The position numbers were made by a program, and so were the translations under genes. Below the pieces are notes generated by a model. The model was not told where the DNA came from. It saw only the letters and a program-made list of their open reading frames with translations, and did no database searches. Source: Octopus vulgaris (lineage: Eukaryota). Taken from it: 64,000 nt of DNA. The stretch lies in assembly GCA_951406725.2 (NCBI GenBank), contig OX597823.1, positions 18,910,001 to 18,974,000 of the forward strand, given 5' to 3'. This document shows, in pieces, positions 13,067 through 27,890 of this stretch (its first letter is position 1; each line of letters starts with the position of its first letter).

Positions 13067-13212
13067 CACACAGGGACGCAGAATCATGCATGCATGTACA
13101 CATACATCCATGCGTGCCCCCCATCGCTCAGTACGATGTGCATCGCGAAATTACAATATGTACAAAATATACGTCACATCTTACAAATCACAACACACTT
13201 AAATGCATGTGC

Positions 13213-13335
<123 letters not shown>

Positions 13336-13379
13336 GCGTACAAACAAACTTATGTACAATCTTACATGCACTATATATA

Positions 13380-14213
13380 CATGCATGCAGTGTTAAATAT
13401 ATGCGTATATACCGACAACTGTATATACAGGCTTACATGCATAAGTACATACATATAAGCATATATGCATACAAACGTACATGCATGCAAAATTTATACA
13501 CATGCATTTGTACATATATACATACATGTATGCATGCCTACATGCATGCACGCAGGCATACATATATACATGCATGTATGTATGCATACATAGAGATATG
13601 CATGCGTACAAGCATATATACGTACATACACACACACATATATATATACATGGATACATACATAATTATATATATACATACATGAATTCAGGCATACACG
13701 CATACACACATACATACATACATGCATGCATGCATACATACATATATTCATGCGTACAAGCATACAAGCATACATATAGATATTCATGCATACAAACATA
13801 CATACATATATGCATGTGTGCGTACATACATACATATATATACATATATATATACATGCATGCATACAAACATACATACACACATACATACATACATGCA
13901 TTCATACATACATACGTACGTACTTACTTACATACATACATATATACATACATACATACATGCATGCATACATACATACAAACATACATACATACATACA
14001 TACATACATACAAACATACATACATACATACATACATACATACATACATACATACATACATACGTACGTACGTACATACATACATACATACATACATGCA
14101 TGCATGAATGCATACATACATACATACATACATACATACATACATACATACATACATACATACATACATACATACATACATACATACATACATACATACA
14201 TACATACATACAT
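13380..14213. repeat. Long degenerate (CATA)n/(CATG)n microsatellite
   Basis: Direct inspection. Confidence 0.95.
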
Positions 14214-14535
14214 AGAATATTTCCATTTTAATATAAATCGTCTGCTCGCATTTCTGTAACCGAATTACCGTCTTCTCATGTTTTAACGCCGAACAAATTA
14301 TGTCCCCGGCTTTCATATCTAATAGCATCGTACTTGTACATACGAACCATATTCAACGTGACACCTTATCAAATTATTAATCTACGTAGAGGTGGAGATG
14401 CATGTGTGAAAACATGCATCTATCCACATGCATACAAATATGCATGCATACATAGATGAATATATGCACATACACACATACACGCAAACATGTATATGAT
14501 ATAAATATATATACGCGTGTATGTGTGTGTGTGTG

Positions 14536-14568
<33 letters not shown>

Positions 14569-14632
14569 ATGTATATATGTATGTATATATATAAGTGTTT
14601 ATGTGTATTATATAAATATAAATATTATATAC

Positions 14633-15043
14633 AGGCGCAGGAGTGGCTGTGTGGTAAGTAGCTTGCTAACTAACCACATGGTTCCGGGTTCAGTCCCACT
14701 GCGTGGCATCTTGGGCAAGTGTCTTCTGCTATAGCCCCGGGCCGACCAATGCTTTGTGAGTGGATTTGGTAGACGGAAACTGAAAGAAGCCTGTCGTATA
14801 TATGTATATATATAAATATATGTGTATGTTGGTGTGTCTGTGATTGTCCCCCTAGCATTGCTTGACAACCGATGCTGGTGTGTTTACGTCCCCGTCACCT
14901 AGCGGTTCGGCAAAAAAGAGACCGATAGAATAAGTACTGGGCTTACAAAGAATAAAGTCCCGGTGTCGATTTGCTCGACTAAAGGCGGTGCTCCAGCATG
15001 GCCGCAGTCAAATGACTGAAACAAGTAAAAGAGTAAAGAGTAT
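14633..15043 (+). mobile_element. SINE group A, full length
   Basis: tRNA head, CORE-like block, internal (TA)/(TG) tract, tail ending AAAAGAGTAAAGAG. Confidence 0.92.
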
Positions 15044-15053
15044 ATACATATAA

Positions 15054-15447
15054 TCGCAGTGACTATGTTGTAGGAGCTTGCTTTCCAATTACATGGTGCT
15101 GGGTTCAGTCTCACAGCTTGGTACCTTGGGCAGGTGTCTTCTGTTATAGCCTCGGGTTAACAAAGTCCATGTTAGTGGATTTGGTAGACGGAAACTGAAA
15201 GAAGCCCGTCGTATGTGTGTGTCTGTGTGCCTGTCTGTGTGTGCCTCCTTGTGTGTGTGCGTCTTTGTATCTGTATTTGTCGCCCAACAACTCATGACAA
15301 CAAGTGTTGGTGCGTTTATGTCCAAGTAAATTAGAATAGGTACCAGGCTTTAAAACATAAATACTAGGGTCCATTCATTCGGTTAGAAATTCCTCAAGGC
15401 GATGCTCCAGCATGGACGCAATCTAATGACTGAAACAAAGATAAGAT
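15054..15447 (+). mobile_element. SINE group A, diverged copy
   Basis: Same modules with more substitutions. Confidence 0.85.
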
Positions 15448-15713
15448 ATATATATATATACATATATACATATCTGTCTTGCCCGCATATTGTTCTGGTG
15501 TCCGCTGAATTTTTCTCTAGAGAACATTCTTTCTTTGTAGTTTGATCGTAGGTGATCTACTTCTAGCATATGGCTGTCCACATAGTGGTTTTTAGCCCTT
15601 TAAATATACACATGTATTAAAATTTTCTCTGATTTTTCAGATTTTTGTATGCTAGGCTATTGGCTTTAAATTGATATTAATTAAATTTATATTCAATTTA
15701 TCTCCCTCATTAT

Positions 15714-15760
<47 letters not shown>

Positions 15761-15844
15761 TAAAATAATAAATAAATAAAATATATGCATATATACATAC
15801 ATATATGTACGTACCTACCTCAACATGTATATATACATGCATAT

Positions 15845-16021
15845 ATGGGTACAGGACACCAAAAAAACGTTGAACACAATGAGAAACGAAAACATAAACA
15901 CAAAACCAAGGAAATGGACATTTTTTTAAAACAACGAAAAAATAGAGTACAGGACATACAAAACAAGGAAAATTCCCCTTCTTCAGTCGCCTTAATTTCA
16001 TCTACTCCACGTTTCGAAGGT
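15845..16021 (-). mobile_element. Short interspersed repeat (family H2) with split hammerhead-like motifs
   Basis: Related to 16674-16843 and 53950-54158; shared 3' end GTCCTGT. Confidence 0.5.
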
Positions 16022-16032
16022 GTGTGTGTGTG

Positions 16033-16071
<39 letters not shown>

Positions 16072-16257
16072 AAATGTGGGTGTATGTATATACATGTATA
16101 TGTGTATGTATAGATATGTGTCTATTTATATATATATGTATGTGTGTGTACTTTTGTATACATATATATGTACTTATATACATCATATGTGTATATATAT
16201 ATGTGTGTGTGTGTATAAGTACATATATATACATATATATTTATATGTGTGTGGGTG

Positions 16258-16474
<217 letters not shown>

Positions 16475-16599
16475 AAACTTACTTGGAAATGGATGCAATT
16501 TGTTCAATGACATAATATGAATAAAACATATATATAGGCATATATACGTATACATATTTACATACTGACACATATATGTGTGTATATATATATATATAT

Positions 16600-16673
<74 letters not shown>

Positions 16674-16674
<1 letters not shown>

Positions 16675-16843
16675 CAGGACGTCACAAAACGTAAACAACA
16701 TGAAATGCGAAATCCGAAGACAAACATTTTATGCGAACAACGGGAAAATCAAATGAAAAGCAAGGCAAGCAGCATAAAGAAAGACCCTTCATCAGTTGTC
16801 GGCTGTTTATCTACTCCACATTTAGAGCAATTCACGACATAGA
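16674..16843 (-). mobile_element. Short interspersed repeat (family H2)
   Basis: Reverse complement aligns with 53983-54152 (GTCGTGAATT..AACAGCCGA.AACTGATGAAGGGTC..GTGACGTCCTGT). Confidence 0.65.
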
Positions 16844-16855
16844 AATATATGCATA

Positions 16856-17242
16856 TACTCTTTTACTCTTTTGCTTGTTTCAGTCATTTGACTGTGGCCA
16901 TGCTGGAGCACCGCCTTTAGTCGAGCAAATCGATCCCAGGACTTATTCTTTGTAAGCCTAGTTCTTATTCTATCGATCCATTTTGCCGAACCGGTAAGTT
17001 ACGGGGACGTAAATAAACTATAAAGTATAAGCTATAAACTATAAATCGATTGGGTGGACAAATACAGACACACAAACACACACACACATATATATATACA
17101 TATATACGACGGGCTTCATTCAGTTTCCGTGTACCAAATCCACTCACAAGACTGGTCGGCCCAAAGTGCCACGCAGTGGGACTGAACCCGGAACCATGTG
17201 GTTTGTAAGCAAGCTACTTACTACACAGCCACACCTACGCCT
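16856..17242 (-). mobile_element. SINE group A
   Basis: Reverse complement of the group A modules. Confidence 0.9.
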
Positions 17243-17288
17243 ATATATATATATACATGTACATATACATACATATATATATATTTAA

Positions 17289-17335
<47 letters not shown>

Positions 17336-17690
17336 TGTGTGTATGTGTGCGTGCGTTACATTTCGTATAAAAGGATAACCTTTGTTAAATATTTAAAAGA
17401 AAGTTAAGCTCTTTAACATAGTCTGAGCTTATCCGGCTTCCGAGATGTTTAAGCAGTTTAAGCGTAGAAGATTCCACCCCACCCACCCACCCCCATCTCT
17501 CTTTAAAAATGGGAACGGCGGCTTCCATGCTCGCCGAGTTGCCTCCCTACTCGACCGACGACATCGAACGCTGCCTTTGATTGAATTCAGCTCATCAGCC
17601 ATTTATAGTTTATTTCTCTTTCTCCCCGAACGAAAGTAGAGAAAGCGCGAAACTGAGAAATTACGAACCGCAGTGTGTGTGTATGTGAAA

Positions 17691-17747
<57 letters not shown>

Positions 17748-17959
17748 TGTGTGTGTGTGAGCATGTGAGTTGTGTGTGTGTGAATGTGTTACTGTGTGAG
17801 TGTGTGCGTGTGTCTGTCTATGCCTGTGTGTGTGCGTGCGTGTGTGCGTGTGTATGAATGTGTGGGTACGTTTACGTGCATGTGTGTGTGTGCGTATGCA
17901 TGCGCTTATGTCTTTTTACACCTAATTTCTATCCTAAATAAACACACACACGCACACAT

Positions 17960-17998
<39 letters not shown>

Positions 17999-18002
17999 TA
18001 TA

Positions 18003-18536
18003 CAGGGTGCTATGGGTAAATTATCACCATTTTATATTTTTTATTTCGCGCATGCTCACTGTTTGTTTTTAATTTTGTCGACTACACAGTATAGTAGGGT
18101 CAGTTGGGCACCATCTGTGAGAAAAAACAGCACCATGACGCAATTCGCTCTGCCAAAAATTTGGAAACGACATGCTGTACTTCTTGGCTTTCGCGCCAAA
18201 AGCTCCAATACAAACAGACGGTGAATACACAGGACGATCGTTGGCTTACCGTGTCCCCAAAATATATATACTGAGAGTGAAAAAAATCAAACATCCAGTC
18301 AACATCATGGTGCTTGGAGTGATTACTTGTGATGGTAACGTTATGCTTCCATTCATCTTCCCACACGTCCTCACACTCGACACGCATGCCTACATCAAGT
18401 GCCTGGTGGAGGTAGTGCTGGCCTGGGTTAAGAGGGCAACTACTGGAATACACTGTGTCTATATCTATTGAAATAAGATGTCGGTGTTATTTTCACTTTT
18501 GCGTAATTTATACGACAATATATTCACCGCACCCTG
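18003..18536 (+). mobile_element. Internally deleted Tc1/mariner-superfamily transposon (maT-like)
   Basis: TA|CAGGGTGC ... GCACCCTG|TA termini; relic KKIKHPVNIMVLGVITCDGNVMLPFIFP..AYIKCLVEVVLAWVK typical of the catalytic domain. Confidence 0.8.
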
Positions 18537-19326
18537 TATATTCGTATATATACATATATATACATATGCAAACCTATATATATACATACGTCTGTGTGTG
18601 TGTGCGCGCATGTGTATATGTATTTATCTTCATATATGTGTGTGTGTTTGTGTCTATGTGTACGTGTAAGTGTGTGAGTATGTGGGTATATATATTGATG
18701 TGTGCATGAATATACGTAAATATATAAATTACATAAATACATACATACATACATTACATACATACATAAATACATAAATACATATATACAAACATATATG
18801 CATGCATACATACATACATACACACATACATGCATATATACATCCATCCATCCATACATACATACATACATACATAATACAAACATACATACATACATAC
18901 ATACATACATACATACATACATACATACATACATACATACATACATACATACATACATACATACATACATACATAGATACGTACGTACATACATAAATGA
19001 TTGCATGCATATAAGCAAAGACCGAGTTTAGAAGATTGCTGTGTGTATACATCTATGCATACTCATACGGGTGTGTGTATGTATTTGTGAATGTATGAGT
19101 ATTTAACCATTTCTTTTTTTATATAAATATATTTAAATCTTTCAAAGAGACTTTGGTGTTTTCGATGGAAAATGGTTGTAAGTAATTTGAAATTTTAAAA
19201 GTGGAAAGGAAATTGCAGAAAGTGGAAGACATTTTATCATGATCAGAGTTATTTCTTTGAGTCTGAGATTTGAATATCGATATTAAAGAATATCTGAAGA
19301 ACTCTAGGTGTGCGTGCATACACACA

Positions 19327-19383
<57 letters not shown>

Positions 19384-19392
19384 TTATATAAG

Positions 19393-19425
<33 letters not shown>

Positions 19426-20049
19426 CATGGCATTCTCATATTTCCACATATTTCTGTCATTATATCACCACCACCCCTTGTTCCTGCTGCTACTGCTGCT
19501 GCTACTGCTGCTGCTGCTGCTGTTGCTACCGCTGCTGTTGTTGTTGTTTTTGTCTTTTTATTTTCTAATGTTTGTTTCGCTCGACGTCAGCCCTGATCAA
19601 ATTGATCCACGATGAAAGCTGTTCCAGCTGCGATCATAACGTCTTTATTGTTCAATTTGTTTATCAATCATCACGTTTTTTTAATGTGCTCTTTTCCTAA
19701 AGACGGTGGGGTGTCTTAATAATAAGAAGCTCTTTAAAAAGAAATATTAATAATATTAAGCAGGCCTAGATACACTGTGACTGAAACAAAATGGTGAAAT
19801 GATCATTTTAGCAACGCCTCTTCTCATAATTTCTCCGATTCCAGTTGAGTAATTCTCATGAGTTAAACCAAAACAGTTTGGGAATTCTCAAGATGTTTAG
19901 AATAACCAGAAATGTCATAGTACAATTGTGGTTCACTTTCAGTCAGATAGCGATATTGGGACAATTTCTTTCCAATATTTTGAAGATATAGAAAATATTT
20001 GCTTTGAAAACGTCACGGCCAATTTTTTGCAAAGCACATCATGTCAAGT

Positions 20050-20330
20050 ATATGAGACGTATCACCGCAGACATTGTTGTCCAGTAATGTCGTTAGAATA
20101 TTTTGAAATTTCAAGGCCAATTAAATAAACACGAGGAGACTATTTTATACTCTACGGAAAAATTCAGAGGAATTAGCGATTAACATTTGCAGGTGAAAAA
20201 AGTTATTTTGTGCGCTATCACGAATGTTACAGCTTTTGGATTCTCTTCAAAAAAATTCAACATAGATTCCAAGTAGAAAAAGAAATTTCTTTAATATTTT
20301 CCGATATAGCCAAACCTTACTGTGAACAAG
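20050..20330 (+). pseudogene. Possible highly degraded CR1/L2-group LINE RT relic
   Basis: KEISLIFSDIAKP resembles the RT motif 'I.LDF.KAFD'; weak. Confidence 0.25.
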
Positions 20331-20374
20331 GAATCAATACGGTTCTTATAAACGTTCAAGATTTACAAGTGAGA

Positions 20375-20810
20375 TACTCTCTTTACTCTTTACTCTTTTA
20401 CTCTTTTACTCTTTTACTTGTTTCAGTCATTTGACTGCGGCCATGCTGGAGCACCGCCTTTAATCGAGCAACTCGACCCCGGGACTTATTCTTTGTAAGC
20501 CCAGTACTTATTCTATCGGTCTCTTTTTGCCGAACCGCTAAGTGACGGGGATATAAACACACCAGCATTGGTTGTCAAGCAATGGTAGGGGGACAAACAC
20601 AGACACACAAACACACACACACATACACATACATATATATATATACATATATACGACGGGCTTCTTTCAGTTTCCGTCTACCAAATCCACTCACAAGGCT
20701 TTGGTCGGCCCAAGGCTATAGTAGAAGACATTTGCCCAAGGTGCCACGTAATGGAACTGAACCCGGAATCATGTGGTTGTTAAACAATCTACTTACCACA
20801 CAGCCACTCC
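20375..20810 (-). mobile_element. SINE group A
   Basis: Full modules; tail repeat (TACTCTTT)n on the plus strand. Confidence 0.92.
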
Positions 20811-21317
20811 TCAGAATTTGTATTTCTGAGTGTCACATATGTCACGCGAAAATGGCTCACCTGAGATGTGTTTAAGGGATCATAACGATATTACAAACAA
20901 TACGAGCCAACAAGGAAGCCTTCACCTGCTTTTAAGAAAACTAGAAATAACAGCCAAATCTCTCTCAAATCACCACGTCACCTTAAAAAATAGAAAGACA
21001 GATTAGGCTTTATAATCCTAGATAAGCTATCTCTGGATATAAGATGGGATCACAGGTAGGACATCTTTTCTGATAGGCCTGTTGGATCAAGACTGGCAGA
21101 TGATTAAAATACGGTAACAACTAATAGAATACACCAATACACTTTCATCTGAAATCATTTATAAATAATTGATTTCTAAAAAAAATTTTTCACAATAATT
21201 TATCTTTCTGTATTGAACCAATTATTTCATTTACATTTGAATATTCCATCCGTATTTATGTCTTTGTAGCTCTCTGATATAATCTTTTGTATACGTTTAC
21301 TCTTTTATATTTTTGTT

Positions 21318-21640
21318 TCCCAGACCGGGCGTTGTGAGTGTTTATTGAGCGAAAACACCTAAAAGCTCCACAAGGCTCCGGCAGGGGATGGTGGTGATCC
21401 CTGCTGTACTCTTTCACCACAACTTTCTCTCACTCTTACTTCCTGTTTCTGTTGTACCTTTATTTCAAGGGGCCGGCCTTGTCACTCTCTGTGTCACGCT
21501 GAATATCCCCGAGAACTACGTTAAGGGTGCACGTGTCTGTGGAGTGCTCAGCCACTTACACGTTAATTTCACGAGCAGGCTGTTCCGTTGATTCGGATCA
21601 ACCGGAACCCTCATCGTCGTAACCGACGGAGTGCTTCCAT
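21318..21640 (+). mobile_element. SINE group Y with tail T2, 5' truncated
   Basis: Near-identical to the reverse complement of 35172-35495. Confidence 0.9.
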
Positions 21641-21654
21641 CCACATTTTTGTAT

Positions 21655-21833
21655 ACCATTTCTTATTTCAGCCGGAGATTGCAGCCATGCTGGGAGAACA
21701 GCACTAAAGGCCTTGCTTACAGCGCCAAGATTTGCCAAGCAGTCATCCTTCTAAGTACTAACAACCTTCGATACTGCTTATCTTCGATGATCAGACTAAA
21801 AACCGGTGTCTTCTACGTAATATGATCGTACAC
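21655..21833 (-). mobile_element. 5S rRNA-derived element (119-nt 5S pseudogene at 21715-21833 plus a SINE-type tail); SINE3 candidate
   Basis: Minus strand GTGTACGATCATATTACG..ACACCGGTTTTTAGTCTGATCATCGAAGATAAGCAG..GTTAGTACTTAGAAGGATGACTGCTTGG..GCTGTAAGC aligns end to end with metazoan 5S rRNA; the sequence downstream matches the group A tail. Confidence 0.8.
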
Positions 21834-21941
21834 CGTATAAATATATTACTTTATGCTCATTTCATCTGAAGTCCTAACCTGTTCGTCGTACACTGATTGC
21901 TGCCGAAATTTATGACTGGCTCACCATATTAAAAACGACTT

Positions 21942-22278
21942 TTTTTTTTTTTTAAAGACTCCGCCGGTTACGACGATGAGGGTCCCAGCTGATACGATTA
22001 ACGGAACAGCTTGCTCGTGAAATTAACGTGCAAATGGCTGAGCATTCCACAGACACGTGTACCCTTAACGTAGTTCTCGGGGATAATCAGCGTGACACAG
22101 AGAGTGACAAGGCTGACCCTTTGAAATACAAGTACAACTCATTTTTGCCAGCTGAGTGGACTGGAGCAACGTGAAATAAAGTGTCTTGCTCAAGGACACA
22201 ACGCGTCGCCGGGAATCGAACTCACAACCTTACGATCATGAGCCGAATGCCCTAACCACTAAGCCACTCGCCCTCACC
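21942..22278 (-). mobile_element. SINE group X with tail T2, poly(A) and 13-bp TSD
   Basis: TSD TTAAAAACGACTT at 21929-21941 and 22279-22291; A box TGGCTTAGTGG, B box GTTCGATTCC. Confidence 0.92.
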
Positions 22279-22329
22279 TTAAAAACGACTTATTCACCCA
22301 ATTACCATTATATCTTGAACCATTCCGTC

Positions 22330-22600
22330 AATTTCTTCAGTCTCTTATAGATTTGGAAATAAATATGAACTTCACAAACCAATGCTAACACCCAGTACAA
22401 TAGAACATTCCGTCGATAATTCTTTAAAATGATTTGTCATTGAATCTTCGTTAAATACAACAACAATACTGAAATTTCTTTCAATTTCTACCTCAGTTTT
22501 CCAGATTCTTACAGACTTTCAATAAGATTAAATATAACAGCTAAAGGATATGCCAGGAATATTGAGTGCTTTGTCATCATATCTAAACTGAAGAGATTGC
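22330..22600 (-). pseudogene. Degraded CR1/L2/Jockey-group LINE RT relic
   Basis: Minus-strand pieces FLAYPLAVIFNL, ESGKL and LKNYR occur in the order expected upstream of RT domain 1. Confidence 0.4.
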
Positions 22601-22675
22601 TAATTTAATAGAATCTTTCTAAGAACTAATAACCAATTATGTATATTTGAGTATTTGTTCAGCCTACAGTAATTG

Positions 22676-22807
<132 letters not shown>

Positions 22808-23016
22808 TGCCTTAGGAGCAATCTGCTCGATGAAGTACCGGTATATGGCTGTTGTTGAACCATATTTATTTTCGTAATTATTTAGATATATAATCTTATG
22901 TAATAGTATAGGGGATGAAAAAACTAAGCAGCTTAAAGATCGCGCAACGGTACAGAAACAAATGTATTTTCTAATTAAAACTTGTTTTGTTGTATGTATG
23001 TATGCATGTATGTATA

Positions 23017-23092
<76 letters not shown>

Positions 23093-23454
23093 ATGTGTGT
23101 GTGTGTGTGTGTATAAATATAAACAGACTAATAGTGGTAGTGCGGTTATGGCTGGTTGTTGACAATTTTTTCTGCCATGTAAGGCTAATTTACTCAGTAT
23201 TTCTGCTATTCTAACGGCAACTCTGCGTTTGAAAAACATCATCTTATCTGTATCGTACAACTTATATATAAACATGGCTCATGAGACCTTATTTCCGGTG
23301 ATTTCCCTGACTTACAATCTCAACTTTACGACAAGCTGAGTGGACAAGAGCAACCTGAAATGAGGGGTGTAGCTCAAGAACACAATGCACGTGCCCTCAA
23401 TAGTTTTTTAACTAGTAGCATTGTTCATGCTCAATTATTAGGTAACTCTTTTTA

Positions 23455-24400
23455 TGGTATTAGTGTGGGCATCTATCGTGATGACGAGCTTATAACAGCC
23501 ATCAATTGAATGAGAGTATCGATGGTGTCATCAGGAGACAAATAATTAGAACATCAAAACTTTCGGCTGAGTAAAACGGTCGAATCAAATCTTAAAACTT
23601 TAAAACTTCTTGAGTTACGCTTAAACTAAACTTGAAATAGCATTAACCCTTTAAATCCCCTGAATGGTAACACATTCTACAAACTTTTACAATCTAACAA
23701 TTTACGAAACATCAAAATATACTCAAATGCGTCAGCAAGAAGATAGGCACGTTGTTCTTCGATTAAGTCACCTTAAACAGAATACCAGGGCTCTACAATG
23801 AAGAGCACTACAACGAGGTACCAACATGCAGCTTATGTGGTAAAAGAATTAAGTGCTCATCAACAACAATCGACCTTCAGAATAATATATGGTATAACCC
23901 ACCATAGAAAAATAGCGCAAAACCAGTGTTGCAGAATATTTTCCCTCCTCGACCAGACAATATTTTTCAGAACGACTATAAATTCCACTTTCTCCATAAC
24001 AATAATAATATAGAATTTAGCTATAGCTGCATGCAATACTTGACACGAGCAATTATTTATCGCAGAAAAGTATTACAAGTAGAGAACAAAGACGAATTGC
24101 TGACATAGAATTCTACCAATGAAAAGACATTGTCTAATGCGTTCATGTCTCCATTATTAACACATTAACAAGTTAAGTAGGATTTACAGATCGCTATTTC
24201 GGCAATCAGCAATAGAAAGGCGGTTCATTCATGATCGACATCTGGAGAATATACCATCACTTTCCAAAAGTATTTGGATATCATTAATTAACAGATATCA
24301 GCATTGCATTGGCATTTCTAGATAAGGCCATAGTACTTAGGAAGAGATAGGACTGTAACTCCAGTCTTACAAACATGCTTCATGTTAGCCATCGCTTTAT
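23455..24400 (+). pseudogene. Degraded Penelope-like element (RT to linker/GIY-YIG region)
   Basis: GIYRDDEL at about 23468 (PLE YRDD motif), IIWYNPP-like at about 23881, FSYSCMQ at about 24016; many frameshifts. Confidence 0.7.
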
Positions 24401-24784
24401 ACCAACATTAAATAGAAGAATTTAACCTGTTTCGACCATTCGACACTCCCAAACTCTTCCTTTTAAACTTCAAAATAGCCCCCAAGATATTTAGGGATTT
24501 TGATGTCAAAAGTTCTGTGATTCCCTGTAAACATAACGAATTCAACAGTTAATCATTACTCGTTTATCGAATAGTGTGTACAAAATAAAATATTGGTCTA
24601 AACACAATGGAAATCTAAACATTTTACACATGACGCACACACTCACACACACACAAGTACACACATATACATGTATGTATATATATATAAATATATGAGA
24701 GGTGTATGTATGCATATATATATATGCACACATATACCCACTAATCATATATACATGTATATGTGTGTGTATGCATGCGTGCGT

Positions 24785-25082
<298 letters not shown>

Positions 25083-25815
25083 TGTATGTATGTATGTATG
25101 TATGTATATAACCACCAAAGGATTTTCGTTGTATGACTACAGCTGAAATTAGATTTTCCTTATGAATACAGTTTAGCTTACTATTTCGTGTTGCAACCAA
25201 AGAACAAGATTCTTAATGTTCGTTCGACCAAATACATCATACATCATACGTTAAGAGTAAAAGGAATATCCCAGCATCAATATTATGCAGTAATCAGCAG
25301 AACTTTTTTTACCTCAAAATGAAAAACTACTATAAATGAGTTTCAATTAGATTACAGGTAGATATAATACAAACAGGTTAAACATGGTCTTTGAGAGTAA
25401 GCTATGGTTTCTTTTCATCGCAGTGAATATAAGGCTAATGAAGCTAAATCAATCGATCAGAAAATATGGATTTAAGGGTATTTATAATATTGCTTCTAAT
25501 GAAATCTTTCCTGAATAATGTTTAACACTAGTTTTTGCGACGCTTATATTCTTTCGCTATAGTTTGTATGCATGTAGTCATATGTGTGTGTGTATGTGTT
25601 TTGTATGTGCGTATACATAAATATATATATATACACACATTTACACGTATGTGTGCGTGTGTGTGTGTACATATACATACATATAAAGCGACATATTCAT
25701 TCAGCTCAGCATTTTGATAACTTCCTTCAAATGGAAAGAAATCGCTTAGAAGTTATGATTAATAAATAAATAAATTGCATTTCACCAACTCATGACTCCC
25801 TTGCTTTATTAACAT

Positions 25816-25890
<75 letters not shown>

Positions 25891-25905
25891 TATATATATA
25901 TATGC

Positions 25906-25945
<40 letters not shown>

Positions 25946-25982
25946 ATTGACAGAGAGAGAGGGAGGAGTGAAAGAGAGAGAT

Positions 25983-26039
<57 letters not shown>

Positions 26040-27003
26040 TGTGTGTGTGTATGTGCGTGTGTATACGTTTTTGATTACAATAGAAAGAAAGAACTCTCAA
26101 TGCACGCTGTAAAGTTTACATTTATGAAGAAAATACCGATTATTCCCTCCACTGCTATTCATAATTTCTCGCCATAATTTCTCAGTCTTTCACCCAATGT
26201 CTGCATATTCAGCTCGACGTTGCCCCGAAGATTCTAAGCAGTGGGAAATCTTTTCTTCTTACTTTCAAAATATGTTAGTGTGAGAGAGAAAAGGGAAACA
26301 TACTAATATACACATGTTTAGGCGTGGAAATCGTCGAAAAATATTTAAAACATTTAGCAGAGCTTATTAAATCGCTCGAAGCCGATTAATCAGTGAGCAC
26401 CCAACGAATGTGTTTGCTTGTGTATGTACGGATGCATGTCTGTATGTAAATAGGCATGCATGGGTTAATGTATGTAGATATGTATATACACATGTGTATA
26501 TACAGTAAAAGTATATGTCTGCATATATACATATGTATATAAATATACATGTTCCTACATACATATATATATGTATATATATATATATGTATATATATAG
26601 TAAATTTAGGGTGAATACTTGATAAATGTAAGCACCTGTATACGCCAGCTAGTAGCAAAGGTGAGAGGGTATATGTATCAAATGAAATCAATATATATAT
26701 ATACATATATGTATGTATGTATGTATGTAGGTATGTATATATATAATTATAAATGAAGCCAAACGAAAATTTTTTTCTATACCAATATGCTAAATAATAG
26801 ACTTTAAATCGTCTAACTACATACAATATTTTCACTATAAATACACTGCGTGCTGAAAAGAGGAAAGCAAGCTAAAAGAAATTTATTTTGCCCTTATTTA
26901 TAATGGTTTATAATTTTCACCTTAAAATGTATTTTAATATGCTGGCCATTGATGAAATCTTTTTTTTAAATGTTATCCTTATATTAGAAGTATATATATA
27001 GAA

Positions 27004-27071
<68 letters not shown>

Positions 27072-27149
27072 CATACAAATATATATATATATACATATAT
27101 ATTTATATATATATATATATACATACATGCATATATCAACCATCAGTTG

Positions 27150-27890
27150 AACGCACCAAGAAACCCCTACACAGATTCTTTAAAAACTATAACCTAAGTA
27201 TTTCATTCGAAATTGACACTAAGATTGCCAATTTCTAAGATGTTACTTCGATTTAAACACAAATCTATACCACTCTTTCCATAAACCCAACAAATCTTTA
27301 CAATACATAAATGTCTTCTCTAATCACCCTCAACTTATCCTTAATAGCATAGTCGTAGGCATATCTATCAGAATCTCTAACTTATCCGCTAACAAAGAAA
27401 TTTTAACATTCTCGCCCCTTATTATAATCAGGCCTTCCAAATAAGCGGCTTTTGCGAAAAAATCTATTATATCCCCAACATAAAACTGAAATAGTACATC
27501 TCTTCCCCAATACTAACCCTGAAACTACGGACACGACTTCCACTCTACACCAGTCCAACAACTCTGCATAAAACAACCTACACATCGAACTCGACCGCAC
27601 CACTGGACACCCCGAGACTATGACAACTACAGCCCCCTCCTGATCAGCCCACTGTACCCACACACTTTAATCAATCTAAGGCCAGAAGGGTGAAATCTTA
27701 CGGTTTGCACCACCCCTCTCTCTCCAAGTTGAATCTCTACCTAAACTCTTCTTTAAAATTAGAAGATCTAATTTTCCACCACAGCAAAAATACTATCCCA
27801 TCTTTAACAAACCATCTGTGAAAATGTCCTACTTCACCAACACCTAATTTAGGATCCATAACCACCTCCTTGAACAAACGCAAACTCCAA
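27150..27890 (+). pseudogene. Degraded Penelope-like RT thumb/linker region
   Basis: [72 protein letters not shown], then IFNKPSVKMSY. Confidence 0.8.

Noticed and set aside
14215-14370. Possible mariner N-terminal relic (MLLDMKAGDIICSA)
   Set aside because: Similarity too weak; no TIR.
21715-21833. Functional 5S rRNA gene
   Set aside because: Many substitutions relative to 5S, no oligo-T terminator, fused to a SINE tail and not in an array.
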